NCBI RefSeq assembly: GCF_902459465.1
Contig: NC_047062.1
Span: 4,340,001 to 4,404,000 of the forward strand
Source: Asterias rubens
Taxonomy: Eukaryota
Length of the DNA: 64,000 nucleotides
Reading direction: 5' to 3'
Part shown: positions 53,301 through 64,000 of the stretch, one piece after another
Numbering within the stretch: the first letter of the stretch is position 1
Layout of the letters: every line of letters begins with the position of its first letter
Notes under the pieces: model-generated
Told to the model about the DNA's origin: nothing
Database searches by the model: none
The model's input: only the letters and a program-made list of their open reading frames with translations
Program-made: the position numbers and the translations under genes

Positions 53301-54516
53301 AGATTTCTTGGCTCCAGGAGTAAGAGTAACAAACGATTTCTCATCTTCTTCCTCGGTCGCACATTTATCCGCTTCGCTTGAAGGGATTATCTCAATGTCC
53401 AAATGATCTGAACAGGAAGAATCTGAAGACGGTGAGTTAGCAGGAGCCACGGTTGGTGCAATACTTGGCGGTAAAACACAACGGAATGGTGAAGCTTAAA
53501 GAGAAATAAAAATAAGACAATTGTATCACAACAGTGAACAACTGCATTCTAAATGAACCCGATTGGAGAACAAACAAAACACCAACAAACCCTGAAATGT
53601 TAACCTTTGAAAAGAGGAGTATCTCATGGTTAAACTTCATAGACAGGGGGGTTTAGACAGATTTTGAAATAAATGGAACCTTCATTGTTTACTTATAATA
53701 ATGTGACATTTTAACATTGGATATAACTCAGTGTTCAAATTCATTTGAGGTTCATGGATAAGATGTGAGATGTCAAAAAACAATTTCAATCTGTTAAAGA
53801 GAGTGGACACTACTGGTAATTACTCAAAGTAATTATTAGCATAAAACCTTACTTGGTAAAGAGTAATGGGGAGAGGTTGATAGTATAAAGCAATGGAGAA
53901 ACGGCGCCCTCTGAAGTGACATAGTTTTCGAGAAAGAAGTAATTTTCCACAAATTTGATTTCGAGACCTCATGTTTAGAATTTGAGGTATCGAAATCAAG
54001 CATCTGAAAGCACACAACTTCGTGTGACAAGGATGTTTTTTCTTTCATTGTTATCTCGCAACTTCGATGACCAATTGAGCTCAAATTTTGTTATTTTATG
54101 CATATGTTGAGTTACACCAAGTGAGAAGTTGTGTCTTTGACAATTACCAAAAGTGTCCAGTGTCTTTAAAGAATGCTGCAAATTATTAGTTTACCGGTAC
54201 ATTAAGATAATATTAAGTTCTCCAAGAACATTGTTTTAGTTTTAATTTCAATAAATAATACATTTTAGTATTCAAAAGGTTATCACATTCTCATCAAAGT
54301 TGTGTGCTTCTCTTCTTCAAGGAAAACAAAAAAAAACAAAATACAAATTTTAGTATACAAGTTGATGTATTTAGCTGTACTTGACTGAATACCTGGTAAT
54401 GAATTTCCAGTGTTTTTGGATGGTGGGAAATGTGGTCTGAAGGTCTGGAGCGGTCGGACTTTGGAGTACGTCTTCACAAAGACACTCCTCTTTTTAGTGA
54501 ATGGTGAATCTGTCAT
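41400..54516 (-). CDS. Orphan ~927-aa Ser/Thr/Lys-rich, largely disordered protein with multiple S-T-P motifs
   Basis: 17 coding exons: 54393-54516, 53299-53494, 52071-52189, 51434-51560, 50793-50883 (weak donor, uncertain), 50284-50446, 49798-49920, 49291-49398, 48565-48702, 47457-47570, 46178-46369, 45514-45656, 44646-44798, 44104-44244, 43025-43405, 42521-42772, 41400-41618. They chain in phase without stops. The ATG exon has an upstream acceptor at 54555 and a likely non-coding first exon ending at a donor near 55612. No family recognised with confidence. Confidence 0.75.
41689..41847. mobile_element. PIF/Harbinger-like MITE
   Basis: TTA|AGGCCGGTTTATAGT ... ACTATAAACCAGCCT|TTA. Confidence 0.75.
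43040..43290 (-). repeat. Coding 30/21-bp minisatellite encoding (ATPAVGHSTQ)-like units
   Basis: CCCACTGCCGGTGTGGCTTGTGTGCTGTGT-like units within exon 43025-43405. Confidence 0.92.
47128..47418 (-). mobile_element. tRNA-derived repeat family D (~250-270-bp unit), copy with terminal direct repeat
   Basis: Contains A-box-like TAGTTGGTAAG and B-box-like sequence. The segment TGGTTTTACC.ATACACCGATGTGTGTTAG occurs at 47151-47180 and again at 47389-47418. Confidence 0.85.
47711..47968 (+). mobile_element. tRNA-derived repeat family D
   Basis: GTAGTCTAGTTGGTAAGACACTGCTCTAGAATTGCAAGGGTCGTGGGTTCGAATCCCACCCGAG. Other copies at about 10165-10290, 16536-16718, 18195-18410, 48910-49150 and 50540-50740. 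Confidence 0.85.
53794..54169 (+). mobile_element. Kolobok-like MITE family A, full-length copy
   Basis: TTAA at both ends; same internal sequence as the 12839 copy, including the hairpin GATTTCGAGACCTC...GAGGT.TCGAAATC. Confidence 0.85.
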
Positions 54517-55612
54517 GGTTTATTAGATTTGTCCATTAACTGCATTGTAGGAGATCTGTAGAAAAGAAGTAAAAAATAAACTGGATAGCATTAAAATAAT
54601 GTTATTTTAAACTAGATAATAATTATTAGGGTTTACCATACATTGGGTTTTGTCAATGTTTGTAAGCCTATACAGCTGATTTACAGCCAAATCTTCAATA
54701 TTGATAATTATTATTGTAAATACAAAAGAATGATTCGTAAAGCTTTTTTACGTCTTGGAATTAGGTATATTATTACAGTGTCTACTTTTTGAGAATTAAC
54801 AGAAACAAAAACTGTCCCAGACTTTTCTTTCTCAGCAGAAATCAGACCACCATACAGGTAGATTTCTACCTCCATGCTCAGACGGTCACGCAATTATGTT
54901 GTTAATGTTTAATAGTAAACTAACCTTAATGTGATTTAACGATTGCAAATCAAGTTATCCTCAAGTTACCCTGCAAAACTATTGAATATAAATATAATTA
55001 TAATAAGGGCCTTTCATGCCCCTTGCCATGTTTGCTCATTGCTGTCACTGTCAGTGTCAGTCATGGCTGTTGTTGATCCCAACCAAATCACGATTTCAGA
55101 CGTTTCTTCTGGCTTTTTTTCATCTGTTAACGAGATTAAAATTGTTCAAACATACACACAAAGTCAAATCGTACATACCCACTGAACTTGCACTTTTAGA
55201 TGATTTTTCAATCCTTCCAAGTATTCCACAAAAAATGTACTAAAGAACCAATTATTTTCTGCACCATTTTAAGTAAAAAATCTCCAGGGTCGTCCGGTCG
55301 GTCAAAATTAAAATGCAGACTATTTGTACATGACACCACGCTGAGCTATGTAAAATTAGGTCGACCAGAAACGATTACACATAATACTTGCTTCCGAACT
55401 ATTGCAGTACAGGAACAAGACTTGTTAATCGGAGGGGTGGCAAAGTTTTTGAAATGCATGTAGTAAACAAAACAAATACACAGACAGAATTCGAAGGGTG
55501 CAAGACAAACATTTATGCAAGTGCAAACATAAACTGCTTATTTTAAATTAAATATACGATATATTTTACAAAAGTAACGGTTCAGAAACTTTGGGGGCTC
55601 CCTATCGTATTA

Positions 55613-55710
55613 CCTTCTGCAAAATGCAGTGGTCCAAATTCCTTTTTGCAAACACGTACACAAAATAGCCGCGAAAATCGATGTTGTCGTCTGCTCACGT
55701 GAAACTTTTT
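55613..55710 (-). promoter_or_regulatory. Putative promoter / first non-coding exon of the STP-rich gene, with an E2F-like site and an E-box
   Basis: Donor-like AG|GTAATA on the minus strand near 55612; TTTTCGCGGC (revcomp of 55668-55677); CACGTG near 55696. Confidence 0.45.
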
Positions 55711-56228
55711 GACTTTGTTTTGTGCTTGACATTACAACATAACGAGAATATTGGCAAGGAAGTACTCGTATCAACTCCTGTAGTTCTATAAAAGGTATTT
55801 ATGAACAGTTTTTGTAAAGAACAATAAATAAGTAGGGAGTGAAAACACGACTGCAACTTATTCACTTTTTTATTTATGTGTGACTGTGTGACTGACTGGT
55901 GGTGTGTGTGGGGAGAGTTAGCTGACGTTGTGATTTATTTACACTGACACTCTAGCACACTCGACTCGCCATATTCAGAACCACGGCTAGCTAGAATGCA
56001 TGTAATGTGACAGTGTGACAGTTTGTAATACATTTTATTTCATTACCATCTTGTCGGATGGTTCTGGGGGGGGGGGGGGGGGTAATAATAAAGTGCTACA
56101 CTGAGTAGCTCGGCTTTACCATGATGGGTGGATGGGCTGAATACGTTTTCGATTACATAAATTTTAAAAAGTGAGAAACTATTTCAAGAAGCCCCACCTC
56201 GCTGCTCATGCAGGGTTGTGAGATGAAT

Positions 56229-56773
56229 GCTGGTCATCTCGCCACCTGACAAGGGATCGCCCCCAACAAAGTCGCCCCCTGCAAAGTCACCCCCTACCCG
56301 GTTCGCCCTGGGTGAAAACAAAGTCGCCCCCCTGGCATAAGTGCCCCCAGCAAATGTCGCCCCCAAGCAAAGTCGCCCCCAGATGTTGTTCGGAAAATAA
56401 TTAAGGCTGCAGTACAATACTTATGGTAAAAACAATATAGTTAAAACATTAACCCTAACCGTAACCCTAACCGTAACCCTAACTAACCGTAACCCTAACC
56501 CTAACCCTAACCCTAAACCTAACCAATACAATAATTAAGCCATTATATTAGCGAAAGAATCCTTAATTATTTTCTGCGGGCAAATTTGCTAGGGGGCGAC
56601 ATTAGCTGGGGGGGCTACATTGTCAGGGGGCACCTTTGCTAGGGGCGACATTGTTTGGGGGCAACATTGTAAGGGGGCGACTTTGTAACAACTCGGGGCG
56701 AGCCGATTAGGGGGCGACTTTGCAGGTGGCGACTTTGTTGGTGGCGAGCTTGCTAGGTGGCGAGATGACCAGC
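56229..56773. mobile_element. MITE-like element with 18-bp TIRs, subterminal AAAGTCGCCCC arrays and a central telomere-type repeat
   Basis: GCTGGTCATCTCGCCACC ... GGTGGCGAGATGACCAGC; (CCCTAA/CCGTAA)n at 56450-56524. Confidence 0.85.
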
Positions 56774-57202
56774 CCCCGGTAAGATACGTCAGTCTCTGTA
56801 CAACGGATAGTACATCAGTAGTGATACCACTACCAGCCAGGGCTAAAACAATGATTAATGAAGTATTAATGAGTGCCCTAACCTAGTATTAGGCCTAAGT
56901 AAGACGATTAAGACCCACAGGTGAATGTTGTTACAGATAGTTTTAGTTTTTACAACAAATGAGATTGACTAATTATTGAAATTGTGGTTTGGTGCCTAAA
57001 TAATTATTTAAATTGTGGTTTGGTGCCTAAACGTGTATATATAAAATAAAATAAAAGAGACCTACATTAAACGTAACTGTTAATTTTTGCCTACTGTGGC
57101 TGTGGTTCATGGATTGGTGTTTAAAAAATTATAATGTTAAATGTACTTGTGCCCCCAAATCTTGTTCACAGATGAGTCAGGTCACAAAACGCCTGCGTGA
57201 CC

Positions 57203-58930
57203 ATGGCAACAAGACCCACAACTTTGTTTGACAGCTCACCATTTCACCATGTTCCATGCTCACCTTTCGTTGGGACAACACTATCATCTGGTTCTCCAGC
57301 CCAACGAGCTGTGCCAGATATTGGAGAGATGAACCCATCATTTGTGGTAGACAGTCCACAGTCCGTTGCTGGTAACCTTTGCTCTAATATAAAAATAATC
57401 TTTCTTTTGTGATACTTGAAGTCATCAAAAACTACACAAGTACAATTAAGTTTGGGTGGGGTTCTTGGTTCCCAGCCTGTTGGTTCTCGGTTCTTTTTCC
57501 TCCAAAATACTCCAGGGAAGAGTTATGACTGGAGGGGTACCTGGGGTTGGACTAAGGAAGAATTGACTCTGAGAACAGCAGCTATAAATGTTGTTGGACA
57601 GGATTGAGTAATAGAGTTGATATAAACTTGTGAGTAGGAAGTTTGAGGTTGTGGAACGAGAGCAGTGGCAGAACTAGATATATTCCTATTTGATACATTT
57701 CGAAACATTCATTTGTTTGTGGATATGACGTTCTCATTTTGGGGGGAATGTGAAAGGGGGGTCAAGGTATCAGAGCCTGCTGGAGTGTTATCAATCAAGG
57801 ATGGTAAGGGAGAAGGGAGTTAAAGTGGGTAGGTCAACATGTATGCAAAATCACATTTGTTCACTCTTCCCTTATGTTTCATATTGGCCTAGCTTTTCCA
57901 ATATTTTTGTTTTAGTTTTAATATCCGATTAAAATACTCTTCACGATGGGTTCAGGAGACAAGAAATAGCACACAGGGTGACAAAACTGCAATAGGAAAA
58001 ATTAATGTCAATCGGCTTTTTTAATACAAACTCAGTTTGTATCAAAACAAACCTTGTTTCGTACTAAAACCAGAGAATTGTGTATTTACTTTGGTAGGTC
58101 AAGATGTTCCTCAAACTCCAACATCTGCTCATATTCGACGACCTTCACATATGTCTCTTCGGACTCAATGCACGCCATGCAGTGCATCACACCGACCACC
58201 AGCAACACCCGGTAAAATACTACGTTTTTCCACGGGGAAGAAAAAAACTAGCTGTTGTAAAACTTAATTTGGCAAAATGTGCCTACATAAAAAAAACCAT
58301 TGTTACAGCTTTACTTATTATTTGTGACACATTTTTTTCAAAGTGTGTAGGGTAGGGTCTTCATAGCAAAGGGTCACAAAAGTCAATATATTTAGGAGGG
58401 GTCGAGGATCAGTGATATTGGGATGTAGTGATTTTAGTTTTGAAAAGAATTTAACAGTCCCCCACAACACACTTTAAAAACAGATTTTAAAGTATAAATC
58501 GAAAAAAGAAAGAAACAAAATGTGTGAAAACTAGTAGAGTGTAGATGTAACTTGTGCCATACGGATTTCTTGGCACTTGCACCCCCTCCCATCCCTGAGA
58601 CAATGTTCCTTGTGCACTTTAGTTTTGACACATCTTACTGTTTCATTCATCTTTTGCGAATATGAAACTGTTTCCCCAGTAAGATATAAGGCTGTTCTTC
58701 TTCCAAAAGTTACCCTAATACATAAAAGTATAAATCCAAGTTCTTGATTTTGTTTTAATGTTTCAGAGCAAGAGGTGCCACAGACACCGATCAAGAGAGA
58801 TGTTTCAGCAAAAAAAACATCACACCTCAAAGTAAAGTTGCAGCAGGAAAACAACAGAACAAAACTAGTTTCAAGAAAAGGGGAGTCAATGGAAATTAAT
58901 CTTTTCCACGGTGATGACATTTTCGGATAG
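57203..58930 (+). CDS. Small (~148 aa) SP/TP-rich orphan protein, 3 coding exons
   Basis: ATG in gaccATGg at 57203. Exons 57203-57371, 58098-58211 and 58767-58930 have pyrimidine-rich acceptors, GT donors and phase 1-1 continuity. Protein: MATRPTTLFDSSPF...SPQSVA-GQDVPQTPTS...PATP-EQEVPQTPIKR...NLFHGDDIFG-stop. Confidence 0.65.
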
Positions 58931-59599
58931 GATTTCCGTATTGTTCATGAGTGAGTGCAAATGCAGACAAAATAGTTTTATTTCGAGTTTTCTTTTTGCT
59001 CTCAGAAAAATCTGCAAAATTGTTATTGTAATAAACCGTAGACGTATAGACGTATGTAAAAGTTGCAGCCAATATAGGTCAGCTTTTGTATGTACTCAAT
59101 AAAATGTTCCTACTTTTCTCCAAAGGGCCAAATATCAATCCTACTAATGATTTGAATTTACTCATGTGTAGTAAAAGCATGAATAGAACTGTGATTAGCG
59201 GTTCATATTAAAGAAGTTAACTTAAGAAAAGTTGGAAATGATTGCAATAGGAAGTATTATATTGCATAGTTTTAATCAGTGAGATCCCGCAAGTTAGAGT
59301 GAGTAGAGAACTCTAGTGAGTAGTTTTTGATTTGAGTCCTACAAAAAAAATATTGAGAAAAAAATACTGATGCCCTCCTTTATTTTGTTAGCATCATGGA
59401 CATATAAAAGCAGTGGAAGCAACTCGTATAAACTGTCTATCACCGCCGTGCGTCTATTGTTTACTTTTTTATAAAAAATAAAAAAGTGGTAAGTTTACCG
59501 AAGGTCATCAGTACTTACCTCGCATCTTCTTCTAAAGAGTTCATTTGCACTTGTCCCTTACACAGCTGTTAACATCTTGAGGTTGCTCTTGACCAATCC

Positions 59600-60230
59600 C
59601 TATTAATGAACAGTCACATCATTGTCTGCAAAAGTGGTTATTTTCAAATTCACAATTTGGGGAAATGTTGTTCATCACTCAAAATGCATGCTGTCAGAAC
59701 GCTGTCAGATCATAGGTACTTTCAGGCATTTACTAAATCTGCCAAATCATTTATGTACGGTGCTAGGGAAGTGGATCTCCCAGGTCTATCTATAGCTAAA
59801 TTTTTGCGTTCACTTCACCACTGGCTCCCCATCAAGAAAACAATCGTGTTTAACAAATTTCTATTTGTATATAGATCCTTCCAATGGCAATTTCCTAGTT
59901 TGTTACTTTTCTGCCAATCTTACATTGTATATACAGATGGGCTGGGAGGTCACAGGTTGCTCCTCTTCCGATTTCAACCGGCTAGTTGTTTCAAGCTCCA
60001 AAGGGAAGGGCTGAGGACAGCTCATTCTTTGCTGTTGTCCCTTTTAGGAAACAACCAGCCGTGTGATATCAGGGAAACCCGCTACTACTGCGACATACAA
60101 GCGCAAATTCAACTCACCCATTTCCTAGCCTGTGATTAGGTTTGTTGTTATGTATTTTCTTCATCTCTTTGTGTAATTCTGATGGTGATTACAAGTCGCT
60201 GTATTCTTGTAGGGCGCCATAATTATACAT
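59600..60230 (+). mobile_element. Highly degenerate L2 LINE 3' fragment
   Basis: Remnants IVCKSGYFQIHNLGK and LHHWLPIKKTIVFNK, parallel to the L2 peptides at 29148-29597. Confidence 0.7.
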
Positions 60231-61428
60231 GCTCTGTTGTGTAATATTATTGTTAAATAGCCAATAATTGTCAGTACATTGGCGTTAATTTATACTAAAC
60301 ATTGTATGATGGCAAATCTGCACCATCAATCAAAGATGATGAACACACCCAAAAACCAACAAACAGCCTTATTGTAATTTTGGACGTTCTATAACAAGTT
60401 GTGAAAAGTTCAGTTATCCACTCGAGTAAGGAGAATCACTCAAGTTTATAGCCACTATTGTTGGCCCCCAGGATTTCTTAAGACACTTTCAGGCGAGTGC
60501 AACTTGTTCAGACTTGTTGATTTGGTTGTATCACGACAAGCCCCATCTGAAACGGGTACACAAAGATGTTTGTGACGCCCTTAATGGCTCAGTTCACACA
60601 TTCACCAAGTGACAGTCTGCAATGATATCGCTTGTGCGCATGAGTGCGTCCACTCACGTCAACCATTTTACTCTCCATATTGCTAATTAATGTGTATACA
60701 TGTAATGTATTTGGTAAGAATGTTTTAAACTTCAGAAATAACTGAATTGTTGTATTTATGGTGTTGGAAAATGAAACAGCGAAACATAAACGTGATCTAG
60801 ACCCATTTCCTGCTGTATCTTTACTGTTGTAGTATCTTCAAGACAAAGTGTAATAAGGTTCTATCTGAATAATGTCAATCCTCCAGAGAAATAGCCTTGA
60901 AAATGCCCGACATAAACATGCATGTACTATCTCTGACAAAACTTAGGGAATAAACCATACTTCTTCTTTTACCCGATAATGATTCTCAAATAATTTTTAA
61001 AAGATCTGGTCATACACATTTTTCAAGCATGGAGATTTGTCTACAGGGGAACGACCGTGGCATGTGAAACGCAACTTTAATCGTATACTTTATTATCATT
61101 TAATGAACATGAAGTTTGACATTAATGTTGCTTTTGTATGAAAGAATAACCAAAGTTCAAAGGAATTACTTAGCTAAATTTTAAATGCAACCAACAATGA
61201 CCATCACCGCTCAACAGTTTTCGCGAAAACATATAATGGTGTTCGGCCTTGAGATTTATGAAGATACATACCTAACTGTTCATTGACTCATGGCGGATTT
61301 GATTGTTTGTTTTGGTCAAGAGAAAGGATCCATCTTTGTGGGTCCTATCTCTGTATGGTTTTATATAGACGTATGAAATAGGCACATGGACATGCCTCAG
61401 AATTAATAATAAACGCAACCCCTTGTAC

Positions 61429-61714
61429 TGACGTCAGCAGATCAATTTCAAGATGGCTTATTTTGTATTAGTACGTCTAGTCGACCATGTTTACAAACAC
61501 ACACCACACAAGATGTACACTATTCTTTTACCAATTATGCCCGTCCGAAGGAGGCATTCTTCTATAATTAGCACCACGCGAGTAAAACTGACCCAAGAAC
61601 AGTCAAGCCCTGTTATACTGCAAAGTCTGCCTCCCCGAAAAAGTCTGCCCCTCTCAACGTCCTCCAAATGCCAAGTCCATCGGATCCTGCTTTGTGTTTG
61701 CACACAGACCAGAC
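61429..61714 (+). promoter_or_regulatory. Lefty proximal cis-regulatory cluster: CRE/bZIP palindrome plus four Smad-binding elements
   Basis: TGACGTCA at 61429-61436; GTCTG at 61625 and 61643; CAGAC at 61705 and 61710. All lie within about 550 bp of the ATG. Confidence 0.5.
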
Positions 61715-61974
61715 GGCATAATTGAGCCCACCGTCAGCCTGTGTAATCACGTAGCGGGGTTATCAATGGATTACGCCGATTGTGTTAACCTGATCATTCA
61801 TGCTACTGGATGAACCGTCTGGACTTGTTCAGCTCATCGGCAATCATAAAAAGCTGGGATAACCAGTTTACAACATCAGTGTCATCTCACTACCTCTAGC
61901 TGTTACATTGTACCTCTATTGCTCTACCTCGTCATACCGTATTTTCACAAGTCTTGGAATTTCCTGGAGATATC

Positions 61975-63481
61975 ATGGAAGCTCGGCTCTTCTCTTTCTG
62001 GATTATTATCGTCGTTTCCGAGGTGCTGCTCTGCCTTGGTGCCCCCTTTCAGCCAGACCCGTTCCGGGGGATGGACTCTGAAGTAGACCCATTTGAGATG
62101 GACTTGATGGAGAGACTCGGTGTTAAAGACCCTTCAGCCACACCCAGCATCGACAGAAAAGACATAGTCATCCCGGATCATATTTACGCCAAATATTCAT
62201 CGCTTCTGAAACATCACCGTATGAAAAGGAAAACTATCACACAAGGAGTACGTGAGAACCCTGGTAAGTAAAATAATATTTAAATTATTTTATTCTTTTT
62301 GTACTATGATTTAATCTTTTAATCAACGGCCCCTTTTTATTTCATGATTATATGAACAAGTCAAGAGTTGAAATGCGCCTGAAACAATAAATAAAATTCT
62401 GTCTTATTTTGATACCAAGGGCAAACCATCAAAGTTCTTCAATTCACTTTATGCAAGCTTGCAACTTTTCGGCTGATCAGCCGATTTACACTTTATTCAT
62501 TCATTGTACAGTGCCATAGAAAACTGAAACCCATTTTTGCAAAAGTTTTGTGTGAGAGGCAGTCTCCCCTTTCTCCTAAAACAAAGTTACATGTACATTT
62601 CCGCAAAAACTGGACTTGTCAATAATATAAACAAAATATGTGTTTACAAAAATCAACAACTTAAGTTTAATCTGTTCATCTAATCAAGGTATCCGCGGTC
62701 GAGTTGTCTCCGCTTCTCAGTCTCGTCATGTCTACACCTTCGACATGTCATCCCTGCCGGCAGGTAGCGAGGTAATGATGGCTGAACTCCGGATCTACAA
62801 GGAACTACCGAATCATTCCATCCATAAGCCGAATGCAACCCATCGCCACGGAGTAACCGGAGGCCTCACCTCTCTCCATCAGGTGACTACCAACAACTCG
62901 CAAGGAGGTGGCGACAGTCCAAGTACACTATGCAAAGTTGATGAAAGGTTAGTATTTCAGAGAAACATTTTCAAAGAAAATCTTTTCAATAGGAATTCAA
63001 CCTGTTGATTTTGTGCACATTTTCGACTTCGGACATTGTCTTTTGAAATAGATCAGTTTTCTTCCGAGTTGAAATGGGCTTTTTTTCAAATAAATCTGTC
63101 TTTATTTATACATCACCGTAATTCGTCACCAATTGCTGCTATGATGGATGCCAAAAACAGATAGTTTGATTGCATATAAACTATACATTCATAATAGTGT
63201 ATTGAATTGTTCTCTAATGGTATTAAATTGTTCTGTCTCAACAGAGTAATCAACTTGGACTCGTTCGGTTGGAAGAATTTTGACGCCACAGCCCCCGTGA
63301 CGCAATGGTTGGAGACACCATCGACCAACTTGGGTCTGGAACTGCACGTGGACCCAGTGAGATCCGGGTCTTACGCCAGGAGGGTTGCCGAGCGTGTGCA
63401 CTTCAGTCCGGAGGAAGAACCAGATCACGAGGAGAGAGGTGTGCCGATGCTTATCGTCTACACAATCAAATACGCTCCAAT
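61975..63481 (+). CDS. lefty: Lefty/antivin (TGF-beta family Nodal antagonist), exons 1-3; the final exon with the cystine knot lies beyond the window
   Basis: Exons 61975-62263, 62689-62947, 63245-63481. Signal peptide MEARLFSFWIIIVVSEVLLCLGA; IVIPDHIYAKYSSLL followed by furin site RMKR; HVYTFDMS.LP.GSEVMMAELRIYKE; VDER|VINLDSFGWKNFDATAPVTQW. Motifs and intron positions fit the Lefty prodomain as I recall it from vertebrates. Confidence 0.92.
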
Positions 63482-64000
63482 GTAAGTGTTATATCACCAT
63501 TTTCCGGTGCAACTTATTCTAAGAGAATCGGTCGTTTACTAACAACCTTAATTTGATAATTTCTTTCAAAATGATTTTAGATTGAACATTTTTGAGTGAC
63601 TTTGTGTTTGTTTGAATTACAACAAATATCAATCTGAAATCATTTTAAAAGAACTGATCAAATCAAGGTTGTTGGAACTCTCACTAGCGAAGCCAGCACA
63701 TTCATAAACAAAACAGAATATTTAAATACTATGGGAATTTTAGTTTGGGCTCATCAGAACGATAATGACATATGACATGATGAAAGTCTTTCTTACGTGA
63801 ACGACACATAAACCACTTTTGTACAAAACAAATTGACTAGTTGAACCATTGAGGAAGGAAATGACATTCCTCCATCATTGAATCTACCAACTGAGCTATC
63901 TAGATGTTGACGGTCTCCCATATTTCGTTTTCCTTGTTGCTTTTTACTGAACAAAATAATTCAGGTACAGCAAATTTCTACTCCCTGTCTCAATATTACT

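Noticed and set aside
56229-56773. CRISPR-like or chromosome-end interpretation of the GTCGCCCC and CCCTAA arrays
   Set aside because: No constant-length unique spacers, no cas genes and a eukaryotic context. The telomeric hexamers are short, internal and bounded by TIRs.
61954-63481. Nodal, BMP2/4 or ADMP identity for the TGF-beta gene
   Set aside because: The short prodomain with IPxHIxAKYxxLL followed by an early RXKR, and the exon junctions, fit Lefty better. The mature domain is outside the window, so this is not absolute.

Overview
AT-rich, intron-rich animal genomic DNA. A Lefty gene and the repeat landscape point to a deuterostome invertebrate, probably an echinoderm such as a sea star (inference). 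I assembled six spliced genes by hand from GT-AG boundaries and reading phase. (1) 3' part of POLA2 (+, 494-8106). (2) An uncharacterised ~1149-aa protein (-, 11231-30759, 19 exons) with tandem cadherin-like beta-sandwiches, a U-box/RING-like module, TRAF-type zinc fingers, TPR-like helices and an Arg-Gly-Ala low-complexity region. (3) SDE2 (+, 31069-36508), head-to-head with gene 2. (4) An orphan ~927-aa disordered protein with six S-T-P motifs (-, 41400-54516). (5) A small ~148-aa SP/TP-rich orphan (+, 57203-58930), divergent from gene 4. (6) Lefty (+, from 61975, last exon outside the window). Introns are full of Kolobok-like (TTAA), Harbinger-like (TWA) and hAT-like (8-bp TSD) MITEs, tRNA-derived repeats, L2 LINE fragments and an R4/Dong-like fragment. 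No CRISPR array, rRNA or bona fide tRNA gene was found. Best leads: SDE2-Lefty microsynteny matching vertebrates, the candidate E3 ligase with bacterial-type cadherin-like domains, the two orphan phospho-motif proteins on a divergent promoter, a circularly permuted tRNA-derived repeat, and a hAT MITE whose target-site duplication copies a splice donor.
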